DNA of 64,000 nt. Origin: Verrucomicrobiia bacterium (GTDB lineage Bacteria > Verrucomicrobiota > Verrucomicrobiia > Limisphaerales > UBA11358). Below the pieces are notes generated by a model. That model was not told the origin of the DNA. It searched no databases and saw nothing but the letters and a program-made list of their open reading frames with translations. Both the position numbers and the translations under genes were made by a program. Positions 39,201 to 48,645 of the stretch are shown piece by piece (the stretch's first letter is position 1; every line of letters begins with the position of its first letter). The stretch lies in NCBI GenBank assembly GCA_036269115.1, contig DATAST010000081.1, positions 13,949 through 77,948 of the forward strand, written 5' to 3'.

Positions 39201-40034
39201 ATGAAATATGGATTTAATGCTAACGCGGTCGAACAGGTCAAACCTGGCGGTTACCAGGCCCCAAGTTTTGCCAGGTCCACGTTGATGAAGCCCTACACCC
39301 AGCCAACGCGACTGGACTCAGTTTCCATCATCCTTCCGGTCATCAATGAAACTGTCTCGCTCAGGAAGACAATCGATACAATATTAAAGGACGTCAAGCG
39401 CGAGCTTATCCGCGAATTCATCATCGTCGTCTGCAAACGCACTACACCCGATGCCATGACCGTAATCGGGGAGCTTCAGAAAGAATTCGGCGAATTGGTC
39501 GTAGTCCTGCATCAAAAACTGCCTTTTCTCGGCGGCGCGTTGAGGGACGCTTTCGATGTCGCCCGTGGCAGCCACACAATCATGATGGGCAGCGACCTGG
39601 AAACCAATCCTGACGACGTTCATAATCTAATTGAGGCGCAACAAAAGGCGCCGTCCACCGTCATTACCACTTCACGCTGGATCCGCGGCGGCGAATTCCA
39701 CGGGTATTCGCCCGTAAAGCTGTTGTGCAACTGGATCTTTCAGCGTTTCTTTTCACTCATTTATTGGACGCGACTTACGGACATGACTTACGGATTTCGC
39801 ATCATGCCCACGGCGCTGGCGCAAGCCATCCAGTGGGAAGAAGTGCGCCATCCGTTTAACCTCGAAAACATTATCAAACCTTTGCGCCTGGGAATCCCAG
39901 TCAGCGAAATTCCCACCGTCTGGTCTCCGCGCATTGAGGGAGAGTCGCAGAATCCTTTTTTCCGCAACTTTGAATACTTCCGCATTGGTTTTAAAGCACG
40001 GTTTTCAAACAAAAATTCATTCTGGCGCTCATGA
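39201..40034 (+). CDS. family 2 glycosyltransferase, polyprenyl-phosphate sugar synthase-like (DPM1/ArnC-like)
   Basis: VSIILPVINE, FIIVVC, MMGSDLE (DxD-like) and SRWIRGG. The start is uncertain (TTG 39126, ATG 39201 or ATG 39285). Confidence 0.8.
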   Translation: MKYGFNANAVEQVKPGGYQAPSFARSTLMKPYTQPTRLDSVSIILPVINETVSLRKTIDTILKDVKRELIREFIIVVCKRTTPDAMTVIGELQKEFGELVVVLHQKLPFLGGALRDAFDVARGSHTIMMGSDLETNPDDVHNLIEAQQKAPSTVITTSRWIRGGEFHGYSPVKLLCNWIFQRFFSLIYWTRLTDMTYGFRIMPTALAQAIQWEEVRHPFNLENIIKPLRLGIPVSEIPTVWSPRIEGESQNPFFRNFEYFRIGFKARFSNKNSFWRS

Positions 40035-40945
40035 GAAAAGTCATTGTTACTACGACCATTAATCCTCCCACCGAGGCGATTCGTCGCTTTGAAGCGATGA
40101 AAGATTGGGAACTCGTCGTCATCGGCGATAAAAAAACACCCCCCAACTACAAACTTGAACGCGGGACGTTTGTAACCCCGGAAATGCAGGAGAAATACGA
40201 CAAGCCGCTTTCTGATGCCATTGGCTGGAACTGCATTCAACGCCGCATTCTCGGAATGCTTTGGGCGCACGACATGAAGGCTGACGTGGTGGCAGTCGTG
40301 GACGATGACAACATTCCGCAAAAAGGTTGGGGCGAAAATTTAATGGTTGGGCGAGAGGTCGAAGTCAATTTTTATGAAACCGATTTGCCCGCCTTTGATC
40401 CGGTAGGGGCTACGAACCATAAGACAATATGGCATCGCGGATTTCCACTGCAACTGCTGCCAAAACGAGACTACTCAAAAAAGAGCCGCCGCAGAATCCA
40501 GGTGGACGTGCAGGCTGATTTTTGGAATGGCGACCCGGATATTGACGCCATTTGCCGGATGGAACACCGCCCGGTGTGCGATTTTGATCCCAAGTGTTTC
40601 CCAATCGCTTCCAATAAGATGGGGCCGTTTAATTCCCAAAACACATTCGTCGCAGGCAAGCTGTTGAAAGATTATTTTCTATTTCCGCACGTGGGCCGGA
40701 TGGACGACATTTGGGCCGCCTATTATGTGCAGGGGCTCGGGGCAAAGGTTGTCTGGGCCGAAGCGTCTGTCTTCCAGGAGCGCAACATCCACAATCCAGT
40801 GCGAGATATGATGGCCGAATATGTTGGCTACGAAAACAATCTCGAATTGGTAAGCAAAGTCGCCGCGGAGCCGGATTCCATCGTCCAATATCTCCCCGGC
40901 CGCTCAGTGGAAGCCTTCCGCCTGTATCGCAAACACTTCAAATAA
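40031..40945 (+). CDS. glycosyltransferase-like protein (STELLO/DUF288-like)
   Basis: KVIVTTTINPPTEAIRRF...WELVVIGDKKTP and VVDDDNIP resemble the DUF288/STELLO pattern. There is a 4-nt overlap (ATGA) with the upstream GT2 gene. The family call is tentative. Confidence 0.6.
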   Translation: MRKVIVTTTINPPTEAIRRFEAMKDWELVVIGDKKTPPNYKLERGTFVTPEMQEKYDKPLSDAIGWNCIQRRILGMLWAHDMKADVVAVVDDDNIPQKGWGENLMVGREVEVNFYETDLPAFDPVGATNHKTIWHRGFPLQLLPKRDYSKKSRRRIQVDVQADFWNGDPDIDAICRMEHRPVCDFDPKCFPIASNKMGPFNSQNTFVAGKLLKDYFLFPHVGRMDDIWAAYYVQGLGAKVVWAEASVFQERNIHNPVRDMMAEYVGYENNLELVSKVAAEPDSIVQYLPGRSVEAFRLYRKHFK

Positions 40946-40957
40946 GGATTTTGTTCC

Positions 40958-41947
40958 ATGAAAAAAATCCTGATTACGGGGGCGGCGGGTTTTGTCGGCC
41001 GGCATTTTACAAAGCATTTTCTCGAGGCCGGGGACGAAGTCCACGCTGTTGACAGCATTGTGCCGCTAACCGGCGGAATCGACCCTGAAAAAGGGTGGCC
41101 GCTATTCGACCCGCGCGGCTTCAAAAATTTCCATTTTTACCGGGAAGATTGCCGCCGTTATTTCCGGAAAGCCAGGGATACCGATTTCGATTACACGATT
41201 CACCTGGCGGCCATGGTGGGCGGCCGCGAAATGATCGAGCGCAACCCTTTGGCCGTGGCCGAGGACCTTGCCATTGACGCCGATTATTGGCGCTGGGCAA
41301 AGGAAACCATGCCGCGCAAAACCATTTGTTTCAGCTCAAGCGCGGCTTATCCCATTAAATTTCAGCGGGAAAAGGGATATCGGCTTTTGACCGAAGACAT
41401 GATCGATTTCGCGGATGATATTGGCATGCCCGACTTGTCTTACGGATGGGCCAAGTTAACGCACGAATACCTGGCCAAATTGGCGTGGCAAAATCATGGA
41501 ATTAAATCCGTGGTTTACCGGCCTTTTTCTGGCTATGGCGAAGACCAGGACGATTCCTACCCTTTCCCCAGCATCTGTAAACGGGTGCTGGCCCATCATG
41601 GCGCCAAAACCCTTACCGTGTGGGGTACCGGCGACCAGATGCGGGATTTTATCCACATCGACGACTGCGTAGCCGGCGTGCTCAAGACGATGGACCAGAT
41701 TGATGACGCCCGGGCGATCAATCTCTCCACGGGCCTTTATACCAGCTTCAAAGAATTTTCAAAACTCGCAGCGCGATTGGCCGGGTACAATCCGGCAGTG
41801 GCTGGCATGTCTGACAAGCCCGCAGGGGTGTTCGCCCGCGGCGGGGACACGACGTTTCAACGTAAACTCGGGTTCCAGCATACTATTCCTTTCGAGGCCG
41901 GTATAAAACGCGCGCTTGAGTATTATCAACGCAACAAAAAGTCATAA
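40958..41947 (+). CDS. NAD-dependent epimerase/dehydratase (extended SDR)
   Basis: Rossmann motif ILITGAAGFVGRH and catalytic YGWAK (YxxxK). 329 aa. Confidence 0.85.
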   Translation: MKKILITGAAGFVGRHFTKHFLEAGDEVHAVDSIVPLTGGIDPEKGWPLFDPRGFKNFHFYREDCRRYFRKARDTDFDYTIHLAAMVGGREMIERNPLAVAEDLAIDADYWRWAKETMPRKTICFSSSAAYPIKFQREKGYRLLTEDMIDFADDIGMPDLSYGWAKLTHEYLAKLAWQNHGIKSVVYRPFSGYGEDQDDSYPFPSICKRVLAHHGAKTLTVWGTGDQMRDFIHIDDCVAGVLKTMDQIDDARAINLSTGLYTSFKEFSKLAARLAGYNPAVAGMSDKPAGVFARGGDTTFQRKLGFQHTIPFEAGIKRALEYYQRNKKS

Positions 41948-41991
41948 ATATCAGCACACCTTTGGCGTTTTGTATTTTTTAGACCGCTCTC

Positions 41992-43959
41992 CTAGTGACC
42001 GTATTTTGCAGGGTCCATCCCATTTGCCAATTGATTTGTACCGTTGCCCAGGGCTTTGGCGATGCGAAGATGATACGCCGAGAGGTCCTTATTTCCCAGT
42101 TGCCCATACGCAATGGATAGATCCCAATGCAACACGCCGTCATCGGGATTGTAGGTCAACAATTTTTCCCATAAGGCGATAGCTCCAGCTCGATTACCTT
42201 GCCTGGCTTCCATATAAGCAAGTTCATAAGCCGCCCGGAGCGAGTCCTGCGTCCAGGGCGTCCAGGCAACCGCTTGCCGATAAAGCGCCTCGCCGCGTTC
42301 AGGCTGTCCCAAATGATTGGCATAGATATCTCCTTCGCAGGTGAGCGCCCACGCCCCGACTGGCCCTATTACGTGGCTATTCGAAAGCTCCAGATACTTC
42401 AACGCATCTTGATATCTTCCTTCCTGCTCCGCAATGACTGCCCGGTCCGAATACGCGCCGGGACGGTCCGGCGCCAGTTCGATTGACCTGGCCGCAAGTT
42501 GGTCCGCCTCGTTATATTTTCCTCGGGCTTCGTAGATTTTTGCCAAATCATTCATCGCGTCAAAGGACTGCGGAAATGTGCGCAGCGTTCTTTCGTAAAC
42601 GACTGCCGGGTCATTCCAGGCGTAAGACCAACTGGCCGCCTCAAACGCGGCGGCCGTGCGCCAGCCAATCAATAATGCGATCGCCACCAGGGCGCCAATA
42701 CGGGAGATTCCAGCGGTTCTCAAAGGCCAAAGAGCGCGCAATATTGCAGTAAACGCGATAGCCAGGCCGATACTTGCCAGGGACATATAATAATCGCCAT
42801 AAGGTCCATTCCGAAATCCCAGAAGATTGCTCATCGGCGCAAAAGCCAGCAAAAACCATAAAATGCCAAGAGTCACGAGCGGATAACGCCGCCGATAAAT
42901 AAGTGAAAATGCCGCCGCGGCCAGCACGATAAGATAACAGACCACTAGTTCCACCATCGGAATCTGTCCCCAATAATATCCGCCGATGATCGCCAACCGA
43001 TTAAAGGGCCAGAGCCAGACACCGGTGTGCAGCAGGGTAAAGTAACCGGCCGACATGGCGATCTGGGGGCGCGTGACATTTGAAAAACTTCCCAGGACAT
43101 TTTTCACAGAGTGAGCTTCGTGACGTAAGACGAGATAAATTAACAGCGCCACTCCGTATAGAAAATAAAGGCGCCAGGTGGCAAATCGTTGAAGTCTCGC
43201 CGGACGAAGATACCAGTCCATGACGAAAAACATTGCGACCAGGGGGAGCGCGCCTTCATACGAAAGGAAAGAAAGAAACAGGCAAAGCAAAGCAAGCGCG
43301 GTCCAAATGACACCGTGGAAATTGACTTTGCCGGCTAACTCTTCGGATTCGCAGGCAATATCGTGGAAAGCCAGCGCGGCAGCGCCAAATCCGGCCATGG
43401 GCATGATATTCGTTGAAGCACTCAAGTACGCCGTACTCGAAACCAGCGTGGGAGATAATAGCCAGACAGCCGTTGCTGCCAGGGCCCAACCACGGTCAAC
43501 CAGCACACGACAACATAATTTGAACACTGCGCATGCGCTGAGCAATCCGATGACCATAGCCATCAAATGAACAGGTACCATGCCTCCGTGACTGTAGAGC
43601 CAGTTGTAAATGGCAAACAGCACGTTTTTGACCGGGCGCAGAAAATGGTATAAGTCAGTCCCGAGCAGGGACAACCAGGAGCTATTTGTCCGAACCATAT
43701 ATAGTTCGTCCAAGTCGTCCAGTGGGAAAAACGGCGCATGAATACAACAGGCGCTGATGGCCACATACGCCAGTAACATGGCTCCAAAGAGCGAACCAAA
43801 CAGCCAGCCGGGAAGCCCCGATTGCGCCTTCGGGAAAAAATTGCCGTCCTGATTCTGACGCTCAAGTCGTTTTTCCGATGCATGTCCCCCCGCGGTCTCC
43901 CCGTCCGCAGCCATGGATTTGGCTCCGAAATCAGGCAAATGGTCCGTTCCGCTCATCAT
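41992..43959 (-). CDS. GT-C-like polytopic membrane protein with C-terminal TPR repeats
   Basis: More than 10 TM helices and an acidic first-loop motif (FFPLDDLDELY). The C-terminal approximately 200 aa are TPR-like (YEARGKYNEADQLAARSIELAP, EGRYQDALKYLE, QGNRAGAIALWEKLL). The start is chosen at MMSGTD; the longer track ORF overlaps the upstream cytochrome gene. Confidence 0.75.
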   Translation of the reverse strand: MMSGTDHLPDFGAKSMAADGETAGGHASEKRLERQNQDGNFFPKAQSGLPGWLFGSLFGAMLLAYVAISACCIHAPFFPLDDLDELYMVRTNSSWLSLLGTDLYHFLRPVKNVLFAIYNWLYSHGGMVPVHLMAMVIGLLSACAVFKLCCRVLVDRGWALAATAVWLLSPTLVSSTAYLSASTNIMPMAGFGAAALAFHDIACESEELAGKVNFHGVIWTALALLCLFLSFLSYEGALPLVAMFFVMDWYLRPARLQRFATWRLYFLYGVALLIYLVLRHEAHSVKNVLGSFSNVTRPQIAMSAGYFTLLHTGVWLWPFNRLAIIGGYYWGQIPMVELVVCYLIVLAAAAFSLIYRRRYPLVTLGILWFLLAFAPMSNLLGFRNGPYGDYYMSLASIGLAIAFTAILRALWPLRTAGISRIGALVAIALLIGWRTAAAFEAASWSYAWNDPAVVYERTLRTFPQSFDAMNDLAKIYEARGKYNEADQLAARSIELAPDRPGAYSDRAVIAEQEGRYQDALKYLELSNSHVIGPVGAWALTCEGDIYANHLGQPERGEALYRQAVAWTPWTQDSLRAAYELAYMEARQGNRAGAIALWEKLLTYNPDDGVLHWDLSIAYGQLGNKDLSAYHLRIAKALGNGTNQLANGMDPAKYGH

Positions 43960-44167
43960 AGTTTTAACGGTGGTAAATACGAAACTTCTTTCTACGAAAG
44001 TTAAGCAAACTCTGTGCCATTGGAAAGAAAAGAGTTCTTTTGACACATCGCTCTCCCGAACCGTGTTGATCGCCTGTGGCGCTGCCGCTGCCCTCATACG
44101 GCGTTTCCGCGGTTCAATCCCGGCCAGCGACTCACAGGCTTGGAAACCTGCGAGGCAAAACCGCTCC

Positions 44168-44791
44168 TCATTTATCGCCTGCCATAATCCATTCTGCCAG
44201 GCGTTTGGCGTCCGCATCGCCCACGGCAGTGAAGGGTGGCATCACGGCGGTACCCCATTTGCCGGTACCGCCATGGCGGATTTGTCCCATAATTTTTTCG
44301 ATGGCGTCGGGATCATGGAGGTATTTGGCGCGGACGTCTTTGTACGCCGGCCCTACGACTTTTACGTCCTGTTTATGGCACGCAAGGCAGCCATAGATGG
44401 TGGCCATCTTCTCGACGCTCATTTCTGACGGCGGGGGCAGTTGAGAGGGCGCAGGCGCCTCGGCGGGCGCGCCGGTGCCGTAGTTGACCGCAAGATAATA
44501 GGCGATTTCTGGAATCATGTTCGTCTGAACAGGTGCGCCGTATTTTTGCTGCATTTTTGTGACTTCGGCCGTCCAGGCTTTGAGGGTCAACGGCGGCTGC
44601 ATTTGCACGTATTCCACCGAATGACAGGTGAGACATTGGGCGTTGGCGAGGGAGACGCCTTGCGCGGGCTTGTAGGTCGCGGTTTCCGGAGGTAAATGGA
44701 TGGTAACGATTTCAGCCCCGAGTCGCGACACGGCGGCGGCGAGCATGAATACCAAAACGACCGCGGAAATTTTTTGAATTCTAGTTTTCAT
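44168..44791 (-). CDS. dihaem c-type cytochrome (SorB-like)
   Basis: Signal peptide and two CxxCH motifs (CLTCHS, CLACHK). The second domain is c551/c552-like (VGPAYKDVRAKY). Confidence 0.85.
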   Translation of the reverse strand: MKTRIQKISAVVLVFMLAAAVSRLGAEIVTIHLPPETATYKPAQGVSLANAQCLTCHSVEYVQMQPPLTLKAWTAEVTKMQQKYGAPVQTNMIPEIAYYLAVNYGTGAPAEAPAPSQLPPPSEMSVEKMATIYGCLACHKQDVKVVGPAYKDVRAKYLHDPDAIEKIMGQIRHGGTGKWGTAVMPPFTAVGDADAKRLAEWIMAGDK

Positions 44792-44799
44792 CTTGTCCC

Positions 44800-46032
44800 T
44801 TACGCCGCGCTCACGCGGACTGTTTCAATGACGTTGCGCATATAACCCGCCGGATTCCAACGCGCTTCCTTTGGCTGGGTTTCCCCTTTGCGGTTAAGCG
44901 CACAACATTGAAGCTGATAGTCGCCGGCGGTTTTGGGCGTAAAATGGCACGTCCATTCGCGGAAGGAATAGTTGCCGTAATCCTTGCCCAGGCTGGTCTC
45001 GGTCCACGTATTTCCGCCATCGGACGAAAACTGGACCGTGTTTATTCCAGATCCGCCGTCAAAGGCAATGCCGCGGAGCTTAATCTTTTTTCCAACGCTG
45101 ATTTTGTCGCCGTCCGCAAGGCTGGTGATGAACGAACGCACGTCGTATCGGCCAATCGGCCGCGTTTTGGTCGCGGGCGATCCGGGAGGCACGCACTCGC
45201 AATCGTTGTCAGGAACGCGATAGGCCGCGTCCATCCAAAAACTCACCCAATCTTTGTCGAGGACCGTGATTTCATGCAATTGCTTGACCCAATAAGTGCC
45301 ATAGCAACCCGGCACGACCAGGCGCAAGGGAAATCCGTTGAGCATCGGCAGGTCTGCGCCATTCATTTCATAAGCCACCATGACTTCGCCGTCCATGGCG
45401 TGATCAACGTCCAGCGCTTTGCCGAAATTAGGCGTCGTGTCCAGGGGCGGTTTGTCCATCCCGCGAAACATAACCTGCTTCGCATTCGCGGCCATGCCGG
45501 CTTTGTTCAGAATGTCCTTAAGGCGAACACCTTTCCAACGGGCATTGCCCATCGTCCCGTTGCCCGACTGACCGCCGGGCACGCGCGGGTTAAAGAATCC
45601 ACGGCCATTGCCGGAGCATTGGATAACCGCCACCATTTCGACCTGCTCGAACTGCGTCTTCAAATCATGCAGCGAGAGCGAGAGCGGAGAGTTGACAGTG
45701 CCTTTGACGTCAACGCGAAACTTGTCCGAATCAATCGATGTTGGAATTCCGGCCAGGTGATAACGCACAAAAAACTCGTCGTTCGGCGTCAGGATGCCCT
45801 TATTGAAAACCGAAAACGGCGTTTCCAGTTGCGGCGGCCGCGAGGTCAGCAAAATGAGCGGCTTCTTCTGCGGATAAACGACCATCCGGCGCTGGCCGTT
45901 GGCAAACGGCATCATGACGGTTTCGTCCGCCAGAGAAGACCACGGCACGAGTACTCCGCCCGCGCCAGCGAGAATCGCCGAACGCAAAAAACCACGCCGG
46001 CTCAATGTGAAAGGTTTACGTCTTATAGGCAT
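44800..46032 (-). CDS. molybdopterin-dependent sulfite dehydrogenase subunit (SorA/sulfite-oxidase family), Tat-exported
   Basis: Twin-arginine signal SRRGFLRSAILAGAGG. The Mo-ligand Cys context is VIQCSGNGRG, and a C-terminal dimerisation/Ig-like domain is present. It lies 8 nt upstream of the cytochrome c gene. Confidence 0.8.
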   Translation of the reverse strand: MPIRRKPFTLSRRGFLRSAILAGAGGVLVPWSSLADETVMMPFANGQRRMVVYPQKKPLILLTSRPPQLETPFSVFNKGILTPNDEFFVRYHLAGIPTSIDSDKFRVDVKGTVNSPLSLSLHDLKTQFEQVEMVAVIQCSGNGRGFFNPRVPGGQSGNGTMGNARWKGVRLKDILNKAGMAANAKQVMFRGMDKPPLDTTPNFGKALDVDHAMDGEVMVAYEMNGADLPMLNGFPLRLVVPGCYGTYWVKQLHEITVLDKDWVSFWMDAAYRVPDNDCECVPPGSPATKTRPIGRYDVRSFITSLADGDKISVGKKIKLRGIAFDGGSGINTVQFSSDGGNTWTETSLGKDYGNYSFREWTCHFTPKTAGDYQLQCCALNRKGETQPKEARWNPAGYMRNVIETVRVSAA

Positions 46033-46270
46033 ATCAAAGTCAATATCCCCAAACGAAACAGCGAAATCCTAATGAGATTGACGTTAGTCTATCGCGTGGT
46101 GCCTTTTTTGCAATAGAAAATAACCGGTCACACGCTCAACTGCTGGGATAACTCTACAGTTTTGAAAATGCCGTAACACCGCATTTGTCCGGAGTGCTGC
46201 GGCTGTTGCCGCTTTGCCCCCACGCAGCCGCGTCCCGACCGAACAAACGCGCGCCCTCCATGAGTGGCGC

Positions 46271-48043
46271 TCACAACTTTACGTGCAACCAACGCTCAAT
46301 CATATAAACGTCGGCATCATCGCAGGCATCAAACGCGTTGTCCGCGCCGGTATTTGTCGCAGTAATGATGGCTAATTTCTTCTTCGGCGCGAGCCAGACC
46401 TGGAAGTAAAAGGTCTTGTTTGAGCCATTATGCCACAAAGCCTTTCCGCCGGCCCAGCTGCGTTGCATCACAACCCAGCCGCAGGCGTAATCGGAGCCGG
46501 CAGGTGCCGTGTGCAGTTTGTCGAAAGTTTCGGCTCTTAACAGGGCAGGCTGGTTCTCCATTTGGAAAATGGAATAGCGCGCGAAATCATCCAGCGAACA
46601 ATGAACGCGCCCTGCCGGTCCGGCAGCTGGAGGATTGTCGAGTTGAATGGGAGCGTTCATAAAAAGCGCGCGAACGTGCCCCCAAGGCTGGTCTACCTCG
46701 CCAATGGTTCCGGGCGGACCAAAGCCTGCGGTATCCATGTGCAACGGCTTGAAGAGCCGTTCGGTAATGAGCGTTTCCCACGCTGTTCCGGTGATTTTCT
46801 CCAGCATCGCGCCTACAATCACAAAACCCTGATTCGAATAAATCATTTTTGTGCCCGGCTTTACCGCAGGCGGCTTGCTGAGAACGGCCTCGATGAATTC
46901 GCGCCGCTGTTCCATTGGCGTTCCTTCCTCCTTCCAGGCCTTCTTCCATGCCGCGGAAGGCGGCGCTTCAGGAACTCCGCCGCGATGCGTCAGCAATTGT
47001 TCAACGGTGACGTTTTCGTATTGCTTGTCCATTTTGCCTTTCAATTCCGGAAAAACGTCCGCAATGGTGGTGTCCCATCGTAATTTGCCCTCGTCAATAA
47101 ACATGCCCGCGAGCGTGGCGGTCATGGATTTGGTGCAAGAGCCTATATGAAATACGTCGTTAGTCGTAATAGGTGTGGGGTCACCCGTCTTGCGGACGCC
47201 GACGGCAATGCGGTCACAAATCGCCCCATCTTTTACGACAACAACGGCAAGGGCGGGCAATTTATATTTTTTGCGGATCGTCTCAATCGCCTGGGTCGGA
47301 TCATCGGACTTTGGCGGCCCTGATGACCGGGTGGAAATCGGACCAGTGGAGGCAAGGGTGACGGCGATTGCCATCGCGGAAACGACAAGGATGCTAATCA
47401 GGATTTGGGTTCTCATACTATTATGGGTCTTAGGTTGTGGTGAATCTAATCCGAGCCCAGCCAGCATGCCTTCCAATTCCTGCCGCCGTGGCGACAGAAA
47501 TTTGCGGATTGCGCGTTGATTGAGCCGAAAAACGCCCCAGAAAAGCAGAACATTTACGATTTGACGGATAAAAAGGTGGAGGAACGCCGACGAGCCATGA
47601 TCTGACCGCCAGAAATCAGTAATATCAAAAATGACCAACCCGCCCATCAGCGGCAACAAATACCACCATCCAACATTTTTCAAGAGCCAGATCTGGTGAT
47701 TGACTTCATATAACGAGCGAATGACAGAGTCTTTGAGAGGGCTGTTTGCGACGGGTCGTGTCCGACGTTGAATGACGCGGTCCACAACCATGAACGTGCC
47801 AACCCCAAGGCAGGTCAGCCCAAGTACGTCCTGCGTCCAGTCATTACGCCATATGCCAAAGCCGAGGAAAAAGATTGTCAGAAGAATGGCCACCCCGACT
47901 TCCCGCGCATCTCGCCAAAAAATAGTCGCCCGAAACTGCTGCTGATTACGCCGGACTTCCTTCAGCAGCATGGTGGCGTCAATCGTAATCGTGGACGCCG
48001 GACTTGAGGCTTGCCATGTCTTTTGCAGTTCTTCGAAATTCAT
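46271..48043 (-). CDS. anti-sigma-like 4-TM membrane domain fused in frame to a beta-lactamase-family serine hydrolase
   Basis: The N-terminal approximately 205 aa contain 4 TM helices. An internal Met210 is followed by a signal/TM-like stretch (MRTQILISILVVSAMAIAVTLA). Serine hydrolase motifs follow: SCTKS (SxxK), YSN and HNG. There is a 4-nt overlap (ATGA) with the ECF sigma gene. Confidence 0.75.
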   Translation of the reverse strand: MNFEELQKTWQASSPASTITIDATMLLKEVRRNQQQFRATIFWRDAREVGVAILLTIFFLGFGIWRNDWTQDVLGLTCLGVGTFMVVDRVIQRRTRPVANSPLKDSVIRSLYEVNHQIWLLKNVGWWYLLPLMGGLVIFDITDFWRSDHGSSAFLHLFIRQIVNVLLFWGVFRLNQRAIRKFLSPRRQELEGMLAGLGLDSPQPKTHNSMRTQILISILVVSAMAIAVTLASTGPISTRSSGPPKSDDPTQAIETIRKKYKLPALAVVVVKDGAICDRIAVGVRKTGDPTPITTNDVFHIGSCTKSMTATLAGMFIDEGKLRWDTTIADVFPELKGKMDKQYENVTVEQLLTHRGGVPEAPPSAAWKKAWKEEGTPMEQRREFIEAVLSKPPAVKPGTKMIYSNQGFVIVGAMLEKITGTAWETLITERLFKPLHMDTAGFGPPGTIGEVDQPWGHVRALFMNAPIQLDNPPAAGPAGRVHCSLDDFARYSIFQMENQPALLRAETFDKLHTAPAGSDYACGWVVMQRSWAGGKALWHNGSNKTFYFQVWLAPKKKLAIITATNTGADNAFDACDDADVYMIERWLHVKL

Positions 48044-48573
48044 CGGGTCGCTCCTTTCATTTGGTCCGCAAGCTCGTTACGGATGCGGCTGAGCTTCACG
48101 CCTATATAATTCTCGGAAATGCCCAATATCTCGGACATTTCCTGATAACTGACGCCATCCAGGTGCATGAGAGCGAGCGAGGCATCCACGCGCGGCAGAT
48201 TTCGTATGGCGGCGTAAAGCTGCTCTATCACTTCGCGTTCCACCAGTGACTCCACATGACTGGCCTGTTCCCGGGACGAAGTATCGAATTGAATGAAGGT
48301 TTCATGCTTTTGCCGCCGCCGCTTTTCAGTGCGTTGCCAGGCCAGCGAAGTGTTGAAGGCTACGCGATAAATCCACGTTGTTTCCTTTGCATCCCCCCGA
48401 AACGCCGGAATCGAAGACCAAAGTTGCAAAAGAATGTCCTGGAACAAGTCGTCCTGGTCCTGCGGCGTGACAGCATAGCCACGAACGATCTTCAGAATAA
48501 GACCGATGTGGCGGTCGAGCCATTGCCGGAAAATGCCTTCCCGGTCTCCGCCAATCTTTGATTCTGAATCCAT
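48040..48573 (-). CDS. ECF-type RNA polymerase sigma-70 factor
   Basis: Region 2 (DQDDLFQDILLQLW, TWIYRVAFN) and region 4 (LDGVSYQEMSEILGISENYIGVKLSRIRNEL). Confidence 0.9.
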   Translation of the reverse strand: MDSESKIGGDREGIFRQWLDRHIGLILKIVRGYAVTPQDQDDLFQDILLQLWSSIPAFRGDAKETTWIYRVAFNTSLAWQRTEKRRRQKHETFIQFDTSSREQASHVESLVEREVIEQLYAAIRNLPRVDASLALMHLDGVSYQEMSEILGISENYIGVKLSRIRNELADQMKGATR

Positions 48574-48645
48574 CTGTCTAAATAGTGTCTCGCCATGGCC
48601 TTTTCTTACAAAGAAAATGTGAAATGGGGGCCCTTCGTTCCGAAA

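Noticed and set aside
43960-44217. N-terminal extensions of track ORFs (also 17226-17342, 18326-18529, 5111-5236, 54334-54498)
   Set aside because: Each extension overlaps the end of the upstream gene or a divergent gene and has non-protein-like composition. Internal Met starts give family-typical N-termini.
44908-46116. 402-aa plus-strand ORF
   Set aside because: It is antisense to the SorA-like molybdoenzyme gene. Its composition is Arg-rich and low in complexity.
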